From Perna viridis (Eukaryota): a stretch of DNA of 64,000 nt. Positions 50,681 through 64,000 of this stretch are shown one piece after another. Positions within the stretch are counted from its first letter, which is position 1; the number at the start of each line of letters is the position of its first letter. Location: positions 19,154,750 through 19,218,749 of the forward strand of contig CM074524.1 of assembly GCA_037379345.1 (NCBI GenBank), in the 5' to 3' direction. The notes under the pieces were generated by a model. It saw nothing but the letters and a program-made list of their open reading frames with translations. It ran no database searches and was not told the DNA's origin. A program made the translations under genes and the position numbers.

Positions 50681-53600
50681 CCAAATTATCAGACAAACAT
50701 AGGACACAATGTAAATCAAAGGGGAACCCATTTGTGAATCCTATTTGATAGACTAAACTGCGTTTTTGATTTTATGTGTTGCATCAATGATGTGCAATTG
50801 AAACCTTAAAAATACATTGTCTTGGTTCATTCGGTACTCTTTAAATGCTTTTTCATGTACATATTTTAAACAAATCTTCAATTGCAAAGTTTTAAATCCA
50901 ACATCTTCTTCCTGTAACAAACTGCACAAACTGCACAAACTGCATTAAATCTTGTTTTGCATTTGGGATAAAATAATACTTTATATATCTATAGGTTACT
51001 ATTCAATCCGTCACACATGTTAAGTTAGAAATACTTACAGAAATTCATAGTATTTTTGAAATCCATTGGCAAAATATTTAAAAATACTCCTGGTAAAAAA
51101 GAAATAAGCGGATTAAATGTATAGTTATATTGGCGCTTTAATGTATTTTTCTTATTGTGACTTACACGGGAGTGTACATGTTAAACAGTAAAATAGTATT
51201 GAGAAAAATAACACTAAGCTTAAGATTATATCAGGCTAACACTAAAATCATGACATTCTGAAAATATTCAATTTGGTATTAGCTGGATGTCGACCAGATT
51301 GTTCCTTGATTAAGATATTTTCCCTTATTGTTTTTTTTCCACTATTTACTTTGACATGGTCCTGTTTCGTCATCTTTAAAAATATCATTATCGGATTAGC
51401 ACAATATACTTCATGTAGGACTTTTACAGAATGACTCTGTTAAGAATTTCGTCATCCATTATAGATGTTGTCTCCCTTTATTGGCGTTTTTTTTTCAACA
51501 TAGGCCCTCTATTCATTTTTAAAGATAGCATAATAATACTTGACTAACAAATATACATCATCATGTTCTAAAATGAGATGACCCTGCGAAGGAAGTCACT
51601 GTCTTCTTTAAGAGTTAAGTCCCTTTGAAACGATTTACTTCAATCGTTCATTTATTGGAAATAATTATAGATAGAATTAATCTGATTACAAGTACATAAA
51701 TAGATGATCTAATGAATCATTATGGATGTGTATTTTGTTTTTATATTTCCCATGAGTATTATCACTTGAAATATACTTAAAATTTGAAAAATCATACTTT
51801 GAGAACTGGAAGTCGTAGTCTTAATTTAAGTTTTCAAAAGCGGGGTATATAATTAAAATCTACAATAGGTACACAAATGACCTTTACACAGAATGAAAGA
51901 TCTTTTCAGGTATATCTGTACGACACAATAAAAGACTTATATAAATATCAACGAAACTACCACTTGCAATTTTCATATTTTACAGTGGTTTTGTTTTTTT
52001 CAATAGTAACTATTTATTGAATTGATATTGCATCAAGTTTTTTATTTCATCGAAGGGTGATAAATTAAGTTTGAATATATAAATAAGCACAAAAATCAAA
52101 GTCCCAAACCCGATATTTCATACATGTTCAAAGGGATAGAGTCATTAAGTGGACATGTTAAAAGTTTGAATGTTAGGTTGTCGCATATCAGATGAAAGGT
52201 CTTAAAGCGTACATCCGAAATCTCGATGTTTTATCTCAAACAAATGTTGGGTTGGGTCTTTAAGATCAAAAACTAAATTGTTTATATTGTTGTGTTATTG
52301 CGTATCAAATGAAAGATCGTAAACACAAAAAATAATTCAATTTTACCACATAAGAGTCTGATTGGGGTTAATAAGTGCAAAACGTTTAAATTCAAAATTT
52401 GTGCAAAATGCTTAAATTCAAAGAAAGTAGGATGGTTGCATATCAACTGGAAAGCCATCAAATGTTCAATACAAAAATCATGATGAAGACCTCGACAACT
52501 GCATGTGAAAAGTGCAAAAAGGAAATTGTTGTGAATATTTAGTTTGTGATTTATCAAACAAAAGGAATTTACGTGTATATTACAAGGAGAAAGCTTTGAA
52601 GGGAAACACCTTTTAATTGTTTACAAACAATTGACTAACTAGTTTACTCGTCATTTTTGTTTGAAAATATGATGTTTGATTACATACATTTTTGGAAAAC
52701 CTAGAAATAATAAGGGAATCATTCTAACATTTTGCAACCTTAATTGTTGGCAGAGAGATAGTTTAATCTATTGGCATTAGATCTGCTATTTTGAAAAATG
52801 AGACATGACCGCAGTCTGAAAACAAAAATATTCAAGATCAAGTTAGGAAGACTAATTCCTTCCTAATTCATTTAAATGAATGATTTAAATATGACACCCT
52901 GTCAAATCCTACCCACTCCCCTAAATAGTAGCTATTTTTTATAGAAAACAATAATGCCAATCCATGTTTCAGGAAGTTTTTAACCCTAACGCGAATCAAG
53001 TTGTCAATTCTGAAACAAATATCAATCCGAAGATCTATTTTTATCAAAAGCAAAAACAAAACAAAACAAAACATCGAAATTACTTTATAGAACATTTTCA
53101 CACAAATTGTTGCCCCTTTGAAAGAAGTTTTCAATTTTCTATTAATAGTTTTATGCCTTAACATGTATTAAACATATGTTGAAAAATAAGTTATTTTATG
53201 ATATTCAGTTCTATTGGCTCATCCAAATTACATATTTCTAAACAAATTCATTAGATGCCCGAAAAAGATGACCTTTATATGTTTTTTTTAAATATAATTT
53301 TTGCATTATTCACACCTTTTTCGTTGAAGCAAAAGGGCGTGAAATCACATTTTACTTAAATTGTAAAACTCATCCACAGACTTGCGAAAGATAGATCATG
53401 ACAATAACAATGTATGTAGAATATGATTTCCTATGTCAGTATTCATGAATAGCACTGTTCTATATTGGGAGAAATACTTTTTTTTAAGTTTACGATGTGC
53501 CGGAAAACGCCTTATCGAAACCGATCCTTTAACTGATAGATGAGGCATGTTGTTACGTCAAATTGGTGATGCCGTTATGCTCCCAACATCGATAACGATA

Positions 53601-55626
53601 AACCTGTGCCAGGACAGCAGTTATATTTTCTTTTTTGTTTCAAAGTTCAATAGAAACATCGGCGAAATATTGAGCAGCGTTTGTACATTTACGTCTAAGT
53701 ATTTACATTACAAGTAAGTTTGCTTTTGAACACTCTAAGCACATTCGAGAATTAAGTGTTTACACAGCCAGAAGATAGAATTTGCACTGCTGAACTTGCC
53801 ATAAATTATCGTCGGAACAAAGTGCTCTTTACTAGTAACGAAAGAAGTTGTCACTTGGAAAGTAGTGATATGTAAAATTCACCCTCTTCGATTAGAAATG
53901 TTTTGTTGCAATTCTGGATCCGTCCTTGTCTGTAATTAAAATATTTCTCGGTCGGTCGTATGTTTCTTCAAATTGTACAAAGAAAGCATTTATCACATAT
54001 CACTACATAAATCTAATGATTTAATAGCAGATTAAATTAGTCTTAAATTATTTGTAAATTCAAACATTATCATTTCTTTTTCAATCGGTACATCCTCGGC
54101 CACTCCCGGCTATGCCCAGAATCAAAGAGATTGGCCGATAAGTTGTGATTGATTTCTTTTTATCGTTTACTTTCTTAGTAAATTCAAAATTTTACAGTAA
54201 TTTACCGTAAGTTTACTGGATACACTAAGTTTATGCATTTACGACTAGTTTACTGTTTAGTCGATTTGACGTTTACAGAGGATTTACAACACTTTCTATT
54301 TTCACGTTGTTGGTAGAAATAACTTGTAAACTAAAACATACTGCAAATTCAACTTAGTTTGATTCCATATAAAAAGGAAATATGAAAATATGACTATTTG
54401 AGATATATTTGCAGATTATTGCATTCTTTATATCAAGTATAATACTTATTATACAATTTAAACTTCATTTAGGATATTTGGGTTTTCGTCCTAACACGAC
54501 TTGTGACGTATAGTTTTCTGAATAAGTATGTGAAACCTTTGCCTTAAAACATAATTTTATACAAGAATGTGTCTTTGTACCTAAGGTTCGAAAAAGGAAA
54601 TTGAAATCGCGTGTCATGCGTAATTTCCTGATGAAAATTATAAGTAAAAAAAAAAAAATTTACTGCGTCAGCTATCTTTCTTTTTAAAGATAGTACTTGT
54701 TTTATTTCCGTTGATTAATCTTTCAACATTTGTTCAATGATAACGTATATTACAGAGTTAAGAACCATACAATATTAAGTAAGTCAAATAAAATAGCTGA
54801 CGTTTTATTTCTAGATAAAGCATTATCATACATGGCAATACACTATCCTCTACATACATGTATCTACAATACTTAAAAAAATTCAATTGGCAAATAAATG
54901 TTACAGGCATAAAATCAGTCAGAAGATGCACACCGATGATGAAAATAAATTTAATTCTAATGTTGTTAAAAGAATATAATATAATAGAATATTTCATTTC
55001 TCCAAATCATTGGGCCCATATAGAACACACTCTTTAGATACGATGATTTAAATAATTAAGCAAACTGAATAAAATTAGTTGACAACTTCAACAACAATTT
55101 TAAAATTAAACTGGAATATTTAGTATTAATTATTTAGGATTCAGCTAAAATACAAAAATTCCGATAAACAAAATATGTGTACTTGCAGTTGAAAAAACTC
55201 AACCATAAACTATTAACTCTGATTCCGTGGTCCTTACCAATAAGTAAGATTGATCACTGAAAACTTATTAATTACATATATGAAATATAGAGTGGTGTGT
55301 CCTCGATATTATATTAGGTTTGTCACAATATTCGTCCTGAGATAACTCAAGAACACTCTACAGTAGTATCTCAAAGCTACCGTATCTATGCATGGTGCGT
55401 GTTCAGTCACTTCATTTCATTTGTGTCAAGGAAGGCTATTTATAGCATGAACTTGACTTAGAGATCGTCGGCGAGTGGGATTCAACCGGAAGTGGGATAT
55501 TGCCACATGAGACCGCCTAAATATTCCGCGGTCTGTTCTCTTTACCCTTCCACTTTTCAACCTTGCAAATTTTAAGTTAGTATATCGCTCCGCCGCCGAT
55601 CATTCAATTATCAACACTACCGTGAC

Positions 55627-57040
55627 AAGCATAAGCATAAAGCAAAAGCATAGAAGATTTATTTAAACTTGGTTTTACATATAACAATACAACATAAGCT
55701 CTGTAGAGCTTTTATCAGACATACATATATGACAAGCACAATACACAGAACACATAAAACAGTAAGCACATCATGCAAAGAATAAATAATGTTTTTAAGC
55801 ACAGCAGTTTGTAAGCAAATTTAAAACATATAAAGCAAACTTAAAATTCAGATAAACTAACATTCATGCAATAGCTATTATATAAAGCACTAAAAGTAAT
55901 TCAAGCATTTAAAACACAAATGAAAAGTTATGCATCAAAATATAAAAGCCAGAGTATACAAGATAAATAAATAAATTAATAAATGATCTACAACTCACTG
56001 AGATCTGCATTAGGAACACTGACACGAACAGCCCTCCCAATTACCAACCAAACTTTTAAACTGACCCAAAGGCATTTCGTCGCTCATCTCATTCGGCATT
56101 TCGTTCCAGAGTTTGGCTCTTGCATATCTGAAAGAGTGTAGGCCGTGGGTAGGTGTCCTTACCCTGGGAACATCTGCTATGTTGTTATTTCTAAAAGAAT
56201 AATTACTTTTTTTAATTTCAATAAGTTCATGTAGATATAATGGACACTGTTTATTATAATTTTATACACCTCTATTGCTATCATTCTAATTCTTCTGATT
56301 TTTAAACTTTTGATTTAATCAACAGTTGTTGATAAGAACTACAATAGTCTTCATATATAAATCTTAGGGCATTAAACTTAAGATGATAGTCAATTGTTAC
56401 AACAAGTAATTTCACTTCTTTTTCACAGTGTATGATATTACCATCTAGATTAAAAGAAATATTTTTATGTTCAGTTTTCTTGCTAATGGCTATTTCCTGA
56501 AACTTGTCAGGGTTGGCCTTCATATGATGTAAACTAAACCAGTTAATTAGCTCTAAGCTTTCTTTTTCTAAAATATTTACAACAGTGTCTATATCAGAAT
56601 GTGAATAAGATAAAGTATTGTCATCTGCATAATTATACAATGAACTGCTTGTTACAAAATGAAAAATATCATTCAAGAAAATATTAAGAAGTATGGGTCC
56701 TATTATAGAGCCTTGCGGTACACCTTTATATATATCTTTCCAGGTACTTATATTTATACCAACGTTTACGCATTGTTTTCTTTTACTTAAATAGTTGTCT
56801 ATTAAGCTTAAAGCTGATTCATATAATCCATATGCCTTTAGTTTTCAAGTTAATAAATCATAAGGAAGGCAGTCAAAGGCTTTCGAGAGGTCCATCAACA
56901 CAGCAGCAATGTATTGATTATCATCAATAGCCTTCTTCCAATCCTCAATGATTTTCGAAAGTGCTGTCCATCAGCCGTATCCTGCTCTATAGGCAGACAA
57001 ATATGGGTAATAAAATATTTTGAAAAAATCAACTAGCTGT
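55627..57040 (-). mobile_element. 5'-truncated CR1/L2-group LINE (ORF2 RT pseudogene plus 3'UTR)
   Basis: SAYRAGYG..AVLMDLSKAFDCLP..KLKAYG..GVPQGSIIGP..LNDI..YADDNTL..MKANPDKFQ; C-terminal CSCQC; 3' hairpin aagctct-gt-agagctt (~55696-55711), AATAAA and (TTATGC)n-like tail; internal deletion near 56375. Confidence 0.93.
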
Positions 57041-57901
57041 CGGAAGTTTAATATGTGATGTTTTATTTTTCGTAAGAGATGGAAGTGTTATGAAAGCTTT
57101 TGTAAGATTTGTTGAATTGCAATATTTCTATGATTATGTGCTTATTTTAAACTGTTTGAATTTTGTCTTAGCGAGAAGGACTATTTTTTTCCTAATTGAC
57201 CTGACGCAGGTCAAACACTGTACCTCCAATAACCTGAAAACAATATGGCGTCGGAATGACAAGTGACTATTTTCAAAGTACTGACGCCATATTGATTATT
57301 ACAAACTTTCGTTAGATCGCTAGAAAGTGCTGGAATACTAATAAAAAACTTATTTGCAAGTGAGCAATTATACCACCCAAAAACGTTATTATTGAGGTTG
57401 GCATTCCTCCTTTTTATGGGAAAATTGAAATTTGCATGTGCAAAATTCACAAACATGACAAATAATACCCTAGCACCCCCTTTTTTCTGAGAATCCCTCA
57501 TTTTCAAAGTGTGTGATCCGCCTGTGCCAGATGGGTCCTGAAGGTTTGAAAGTGTTCTATGCATAGTGTTTGTAAATTACAGGCATTTTTATGAACACTT
57601 TTGATAAAAAATATTATTACTTATGCTAAGAGTTCTCTAGTTGTTTTATATTTTATACATATTGTAATTTTAAATGGATGTAAATCCTATATATTCCATG
57701 TGTGTTCGATTTGATGCCAGGAATTTAAAATGCAAGCAGTGTGTACATGTACCTAAATAAACATACATGTATCAAACAGTATGAAGTATTTAAACTAGAA
57801 AATAAACATTCAAATCATGAAATTGTTAAATTAATATGATTTCAAAGCAGGAACATAAATATCTGTTTCAAAGTTAAGAATGAAAGTTAATATAATTAAA
57901 A

Positions 57902-57982
57902 TTAGATCTTAATTGCTCCCCCTTTTTTCTATGTTACATGAGGTCATGCGACAAAGAAAAAAGTGGAGCAATTAAAATCTAA
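57902..57982. repeat. 81-nt near-perfect palindrome/hairpin
   Basis: ttagatcttaattgctcccccttttttctatgttacatga-gg-tcatgcgacaaagaaaaaagtggagcaattaaaatctaa. Confidence 0.85.
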
Positions 57983-59599
57983 CCTGAATTAGACTGGGAT
58001 GAAATAAGACCATGTGGCATATTTATCACATTCAGTAGTTGATCTTGATCTATCAACAAGGGGAATATCTAGTAAACTTTAGGTATTTGTATGTAGCCAA
58101 ACAACATTTTAAGGCATTAAGAGTCCCCGCTTATGACATTCCTGCTGAGAATTTTCCTAAATATGTTAAAATGATTTGATTACATTTTGATTGTATTAGA
58201 AATTGTCCAACTCTTAAATTTTCAATCATGATCATTATGGCCGACCTGCGATTTAAATACCCTATATCACGCCCCTAGGCATAGACCTTGTTTGTGTCTT
58301 GTATAGACAGGTTCCGTGTCATTTTCATGGTATACATGTAGTAATCGGATATAGAGATTTTAAGATTGGTTGCAGAAAAAGAACTGAATATTGCAGGTTA
58401 CTACTTGCTCATTTGTCCCACATTTTGTATGGTCCTCCTGTACCCGCCACAGTTATATCACTTAAAAATTATCAATATTCTTTTTTCTGTGAAAAATATT
58501 TAAAGTAGTAAACAGGAATGCAACTATATCATATTGTGCTTCATGTGCAGCCTAGAATAACTATACATACTTCATATTGATGCCACTTTCATTCTCCGTC
58601 TTCCATTCTAAGGTATTCTGCGTACCCATTCCTCACAGATTGCTACAAAAATTTATATTATATAAAACAATGATTTTAGGTGAACGTGTGCCCGTGAAAA
58701 CGAATGCTTTTTTTTGCTCTTTTGTCAATGGGAGAGAATAGGTGGTCCGTACTCATCGGGTTTGTTCGTAAAATTAATAATTACCCCGATTAGGAAACTT
58801 AATGGACAATATACATAATTATTTAAAAGAGTTGTTCGAATATTCCACTGCAGGGTGTACTGAAATGACAAAGGGCCGGGGACGCTAGAGTACATGTAAC
58901 GATAAACAAAATGTTTTATTTGAATGAGTTGATAAATAAATATGCTACAGACTCTTCATAAGTGAATTAAAAACTTATTAGTTGTCACTAATATACATTT
59001 AGCAAGAGGTCATGCTATCAGCATGGAGAGGGTCAGACTCGAGAAATGATCACATGAACAATGGCGGATAAAAATAGGATGTGAAAAATACTATGCTAAA
59101 ATCTGTTAAGCTAAGTCAAATATCTGTGTTAACATAAAACTTGACCGCTTTAATCGTGTCTATGAATATAAAAATTTCTTGACGAAATGATTGGAATGTG
59201 GTGTTATGAAACTTTCGAACAATGACGAGGATGCACGCGATATATTCCGGAAGTGCATCTTTATCGGCCTGTTTGTGGCTATTCATTTTTGTTAGATTAC
59301 CGATGGGTAAAATTTTACTTTTATTTGTAAAGAGTATATGATATATGTACGTTTTGAACAGGAAGTGAAAGCGGGATACTGGCAAGGTTCATGTCTATAA
59401 AGGTGGTAAATGGAAGAGGTCGTCGTATATTTGATGAACGCAAATCTCAATGTGACTTTTAACAGTAGTTTCAGTAAGTTTCACTTAATTTTTCATTAAT
59501 TTTACCCCTTGTCCCCTGCACTTTGTAATTCAGTTCCCGCAATTTTATTCCCAGAAATTGAACCAAATTATGCCACATGCATTTTTTTTTTCTAAAAAG

Positions 59600-59775
59600 G
59601 AACTCCATCAAAATGGTGGCTGATGTCTTAATATTTTTCATTCCACTAGCGCACAACACCAGCCTATTTATACCCCACTTGACATATACAGCTTATCAAG
59701 GAACAGGTGCAGAAACTAAGAGCCTTAAGATTTCTGCATATGAAATTTATGAAGGCATAACACAAAATGGATGGT
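59600..59775 (+). pseudogene. RecQ-type helicase pseudo-exon (motif Ia region)
   Basis: Polypyrimidine AG acceptor and GTATG donor; frameshifted LFIPHL../LIKEQVQKLR/SLKISA resembles RecQ ISPLxSLMxDQVxKL..GIxA. Confidence 0.65.
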
Positions 59776-60008
59776 GTATGTGTTTGTCATTAAGTTAATA
59801 ATAATCTTTTTTTTTCAGTGTAACTATGAACAAATGAATTAGGAATGGGAAAAAAGTGAGGGGTGTCTTGTCAAAAATGCAATATATCCATGCATTGGAA
59901 ATGTTATGTGAAATCAATGAATGATTCAAGTAAACAGTTTTGTTTATGTGTACATTTAGCATGATCACTAGAAATAACAACTTTTCAATTAACTGATTTT
60001 TGCTTCAG

Positions 60009-60148
60009 GTATCAAAGAAGGTTGTGCTACCATTCTCCTGGCATCACCAGAATATGTGATTAAAAAGCACTAGAGAGACATCCTGTTAGAAACATATTCT
60101 GAAAAAATGTTTAGTTGCATATGATGAGGCACACTGCATATCAGAATG
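60009..60148 (+). pseudogene. RecQ-type DEAH helicase pseudo-exon (motifs Ib-II)
   Basis: ttttgcttcAG|..|GTATGT; IKEGCATILLASPEYVIKKH*RDILL../CLVAYDEAHCISEW. DEAHCISEW is the RecQ motif II signature; one stop and one frameshift. Confidence 0.88.
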
Positions 60149-63100
60149 GTATGTTGTATATAGTGACAAAAAATATGTATGCAGTACAGTTAGAAATCTA
60201 CATGAATGTCTTGTTGATGTACATAAAATGACAAATACAACATCTAACATTTGAAGACAAAAAGCCGTTAAAACTTATATCAGCATAAAGGAAAATGAAT
60301 CCCAAATCGAACTAGGTATGCACTACCTACACGATTTTAACATGAAAGTCGAAAGAAGCGCGTGAAGGGCGATACTTCGCGGTACAACTGAATCTCCAAC
60401 TTTTTGTATGGCACATCGTTCTGACCCCAACCCGACATATCAATATCCAAATAAAAAAGAGGAGGGTTGCGGGGTCAGAGGAAATTCGGACTATTACCTT
60501 CTAAATAATAAGCGAACATACACTGAATTATCCGGGCTGAATTATAATTCGTGCACCGAACGAAAATATATCCCACATCCATTCATATTAATGTTTACAT
60601 GAAGTTGAATTTTAATAATAAATGCGATGTATCTTGATAAAATTTTGTACAATAATCCAATGATAAAAAACATACATACTGCAATTTATGCCGGCACTAC
60701 AGTCTTCTGAATCCTAAATTTTTGGGAGGCTTGTTGATCCTTGGTTAAGAAGTTGAATTACAATATCCTTCTTATCTAAGCCCTGGTTGGTTGTCTTCCA
60801 TTTTCTTCAGCTGTGATTGCATTTTGCTTTTTCTTTGATCAGAAAGTCAGTCTGCAAATCCTTAAAAATATTAATGGACAGTTTATTTCGTCACTTTAAA
60901 TGCCATGTTGAAAGGGTGTGCCATCTAGGTTTATCTATTTATACACAGTTATACTCGGAAAGGCACAGGAAATTAAATCAAATCACGGGAAATAAAGTTA
61001 CATGTGTACATACATGTATGTACAATTTTATTGACAACCTGAAATACAAATGTTTAGAATTGGTAATTTATCTTTCATTTGTTTTATCTAATATTGAAAT
61101 AAATAATTTATTTTCATATTGATGTCTTTGGTATCGCCTTAAAATGTTTGGTTTACATCTAGCCAGTCGTCATGGGAAAACTGTTCAATATCGAAGTTTT
61201 AATAGTACCATGTTAAAAGAGGTGTACTCATATATATTACACGTCGATGGTCATCAAACTGTTATAGATACATGAAATTTCACAAGTGCATTCAAACAAA
61301 ACAGCTTGAAACAGCATGAAACATATCTTTGTATGCGAGGGTTTCCACGTCGGGGTGCAATAAGCAATACTGAGTAGATTATTACATAATGATACAAGAA
61401 ACGATTTTTCGAGAATTTCACTCTCGGGGCTATAGAGGTTCCTAAAAAATTATTCTTTACGTGCATAAATAGAGATCGTCTAATTCTACAATTATACATG
61501 CAAATAAGGACAAATGTGTGGTCGGACGTTAGGAATCAAGAAAGCAGTTATCATTGACAATAGTAAAAATTGGTGATACTGATAAGTCAATTTAAAAAAA
61601 AAATACTCCTTGATCGCTGACAATGCAGTCCGAAACATGGCTCTGAACTGTACAAATGCGAGCAAGATTGTAGACATGAGTTTATATGACTTTTCTTAAA
61701 AATAAATACATGTATCTCAGAACAGTTAATATCAAAAGCTTGTAGATTATTATTTAAATGAATCTAGGCGTCAATGGTCATTAATAATAGTCATGAGTGG
61801 TGCGTTCAAACTTTGGATTCAACGTTACAAGAAATAAAAATATAAGTTTCAAAGTGAGATCATTTACCCATTCCCTACCTTGTATGATATTTCATTTTTC
61901 AACCACTGCGATATTTTGACCTTCTTACAGAAAATTGAATGTTTTTGTGTGAAAATGACATTTCCGAAATTCTAAAACACAAAATGCACTTATACATAAA
62001 TTACACCATTTTTCTAAGTCAGTACGTTATAGCGAGCACAGCTAAAGCTGTGGCAAAGCGGAGAGATCTACAGCAACATGCACGTTAAAGGTAGCAAGGT
62101 GCAGATTGCTCGGAAATAATACACGTCACAGATTGGAGAAAATGTAAAATAACAGTAAATGTCCCAAATAATTTATCTGCCATGGGACTTTCACAAAATT
62201 TGCCAATCAGTGCCAAGACTTTTTTCAAAATATATACAAGAAAGTCTTTAGCAGAGACGTCTTCTGTGTTTCAAGGACTTCTGAATTTGTCCTTCTCGCC
62301 AAAAATTTTATCATTCTAAATGTTCATGCTTCAATCATTACTTTTACTAAAAAAATATTGGAATTATTTCTATCACATTGATAAAGAGGTTAGAATGAAT
62401 GACCATATATATGTATATATTTTCATTTTTTTTTTTTTTTCGGTTTGTATTTATGTCTACATGTTAGTTTGCGCAATTTCAGAAAAAAGGGTATTTGTCG
62501 AAATTTATAACCAGCAAAAATATCATAGAAAATAAAAACCTGCTCAAAATAATACCACCTTCCAGTTGTAAGGACAACAGTCTGTTCTGGCTCACGAACT
62601 TCATATACTAGTATAAAGTCGCGTATTTAGGTCTATCACTACAGTTCGCACAAACGCGCTGCACACTACCAGTGACATAGATTACGTTCGTATTATATGT
62701 CCCTGGCACGACTCAGGACTGTATCAGAAGGATTCGATCACCAGTGTATGAATACATGTTACAAAACATGTGTTTAATGTTCTTTGGATGGTTTAGAATA
62801 TCCGATAATGTATTTTAAGGTCTATCATATCGTTCCTCATTCCCTTCCCAAGCTATATTGCGGACAGGTAATTTAATAATTAACTAAAAGCAATTGTTTT
62901 TCATGTATATGACAGGCAATTGGATGGTGTTATACCGCATCCTGTATACAAACTGTGCTGCATGATTTGTCTGTGTACATGTATAGTGTACCATTTTTAA
63001 AACTAGTTTAATTAACAAACTGTAGCAAACCAAATTGAGTCACGCCAGTCACGCCCGTCCTTTGGACCCGTGCCTGAAGATGTTTTTTTTTTTTTAGAAA

Positions 63101-63537
63101 TTCGTAATTTTCGGACAACTGACGGTAATGCCGTATTTTTTTAACCTGAAAACCGTAGCAGTCTAATTAAAGTATAACCCTTCCGTCAGTATCTTAATAC
63201 CAGAGCTGATTCAGACAAATAGTTTAATAAAAATTCATATATTAATGACGCGCGCAATATTTTTTTTCAATTTAAATGGACTTGAAAAGTCAATGTTATC
63301 TGCTATTGATACTGGCCAAAAAGAAATGCTGTCCTCACTTAAAGCAGGGAGCGTGTTCTTATACCTGTAATAACGTACTGACTTCGTGCTAAGTCCATAA
63401 TCGATAAATTTACAGTGAATCCTGTCTAAACTGAACATCGTCATTACTTTGACTTACCCAGGTTAAAAATTCATAATATTTGCAATGATGTAATAAGATA
63501 ACAATATATGTAATAAATAAAATGAGGTATATCTTAC

Positions 63538-63917
63538 TTCATTGGTTGATCCTGTTGCCTTCGACGTGCAGTCTTCATTGGAGGGAGTCGTTGTTCGGCT
63601 ACCTGTAAATGGCTGTAATGCCCTTGGTACTGGTGTGCTGGACCTGCTCGTAGAATCTCACAGAGATGGTGTGCTTGTTCGGCTAGAATGTCTCGGTGTA
63701 GTTATTTCACTTAACTGACTTAAACTGATCGAATTGTCTGGTGGCATGTCAACCTGGCCACCACAGGCTCCATCTTCATTTAGTTCTTTTCGTTTTGCTA
63801 AACTTTCATCTTCACTTGACGCGAGGTACTAAAGATGAAGACTTTCATTTGTAGTGACATTATCAACTACATCAAAACCGCCGTCACTCGATAATAAAAG
63901 CGATGAATACATTTGTA
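63538..63917 (-). pseudogene. Ser/Thr-rich pseudo-exon of an unidentified gene
   Basis: GC-elevated ~125-codon frame with two stops (..SSEDESLAKRKELNEDGACGG..SRTSTPSL*DSTSRSSTPVP..SRTTTPSNED..) ending at a GTAAGA donor; possible next exon after ttattacAG near 63364. Confidence 0.5.
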
Positions 63918-64000
63918 CTTAACATAGAACATTCGAGGAAATGTAGAAAATGAATACGAAGCTCGGCTCAATTTACCATTATATGTTATTATGAGAATTA

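Noticed and set aside
55463-55601. gatcg(t/g)cggcg inverted ends as a defined transposon
   Set aside because: Weak TIR, no TSD and no second copy in the window.
57211-57564. 117-aa minus-strand ORF, or a plus-strand CARD/death-fold pseudo-exon
   Set aside because: No recognisable motif; the death-fold impression needs multiple frameshifts.
60420-60479. tctgaccccaaccc/gggttgcggggtcaga inverted repeat as an ncRNA
   Set aside because: Short imperfect stem with an A-rich loop; more likely a MITE remnant, with no other support.

Overview
AT-rich, repeat-dominated eukaryotic DNA with spliceosomal GT-AG introns. The repeat families suggest a bivalve mollusc (inference only). I find no intact protein-coding gene, rRNA, tRNA or CRISPR array, and most ORF-track entries are noise or TE fragments. 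Main contents: (1) an internally deleted Ty3/Gypsy LTR retrotransposon at 6201-9587 with TG..CA ends, PPT and an ATTAT target-site duplication; (2) about 12 fragments of Penelope-like (Naiad-type, RT at C-terminus) retroelements, 8 of them from one family with a shared 3' end and a ~100-nt structured 3'UTR domain closed by a 13-bp stem; (3) a 5'-truncated CR1/L2-group LINE; (4) four decayed exons of an axonemal dynein heavy chain (DNAH6-like) pseudogene on the minus strand (16207-21848); (5) two decayed exons of a RecQ-type DEAH helicase (59600-60148), possibly an AcademH transposon remnant; (6) a triplicated segment keeping a 63-bp AG/GT-bounded exon of an unidentified gene; (7) tandem arrays (34 bp x4, 32 bp x12 with higher-order structure, ~145 bp satellite, ~1 kb units), many MITEs, a SINE 3' tip with a 12-bp TSD, and one assembly gap. 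All protein assignments come from manual translation and motif recall; no database searches were run.
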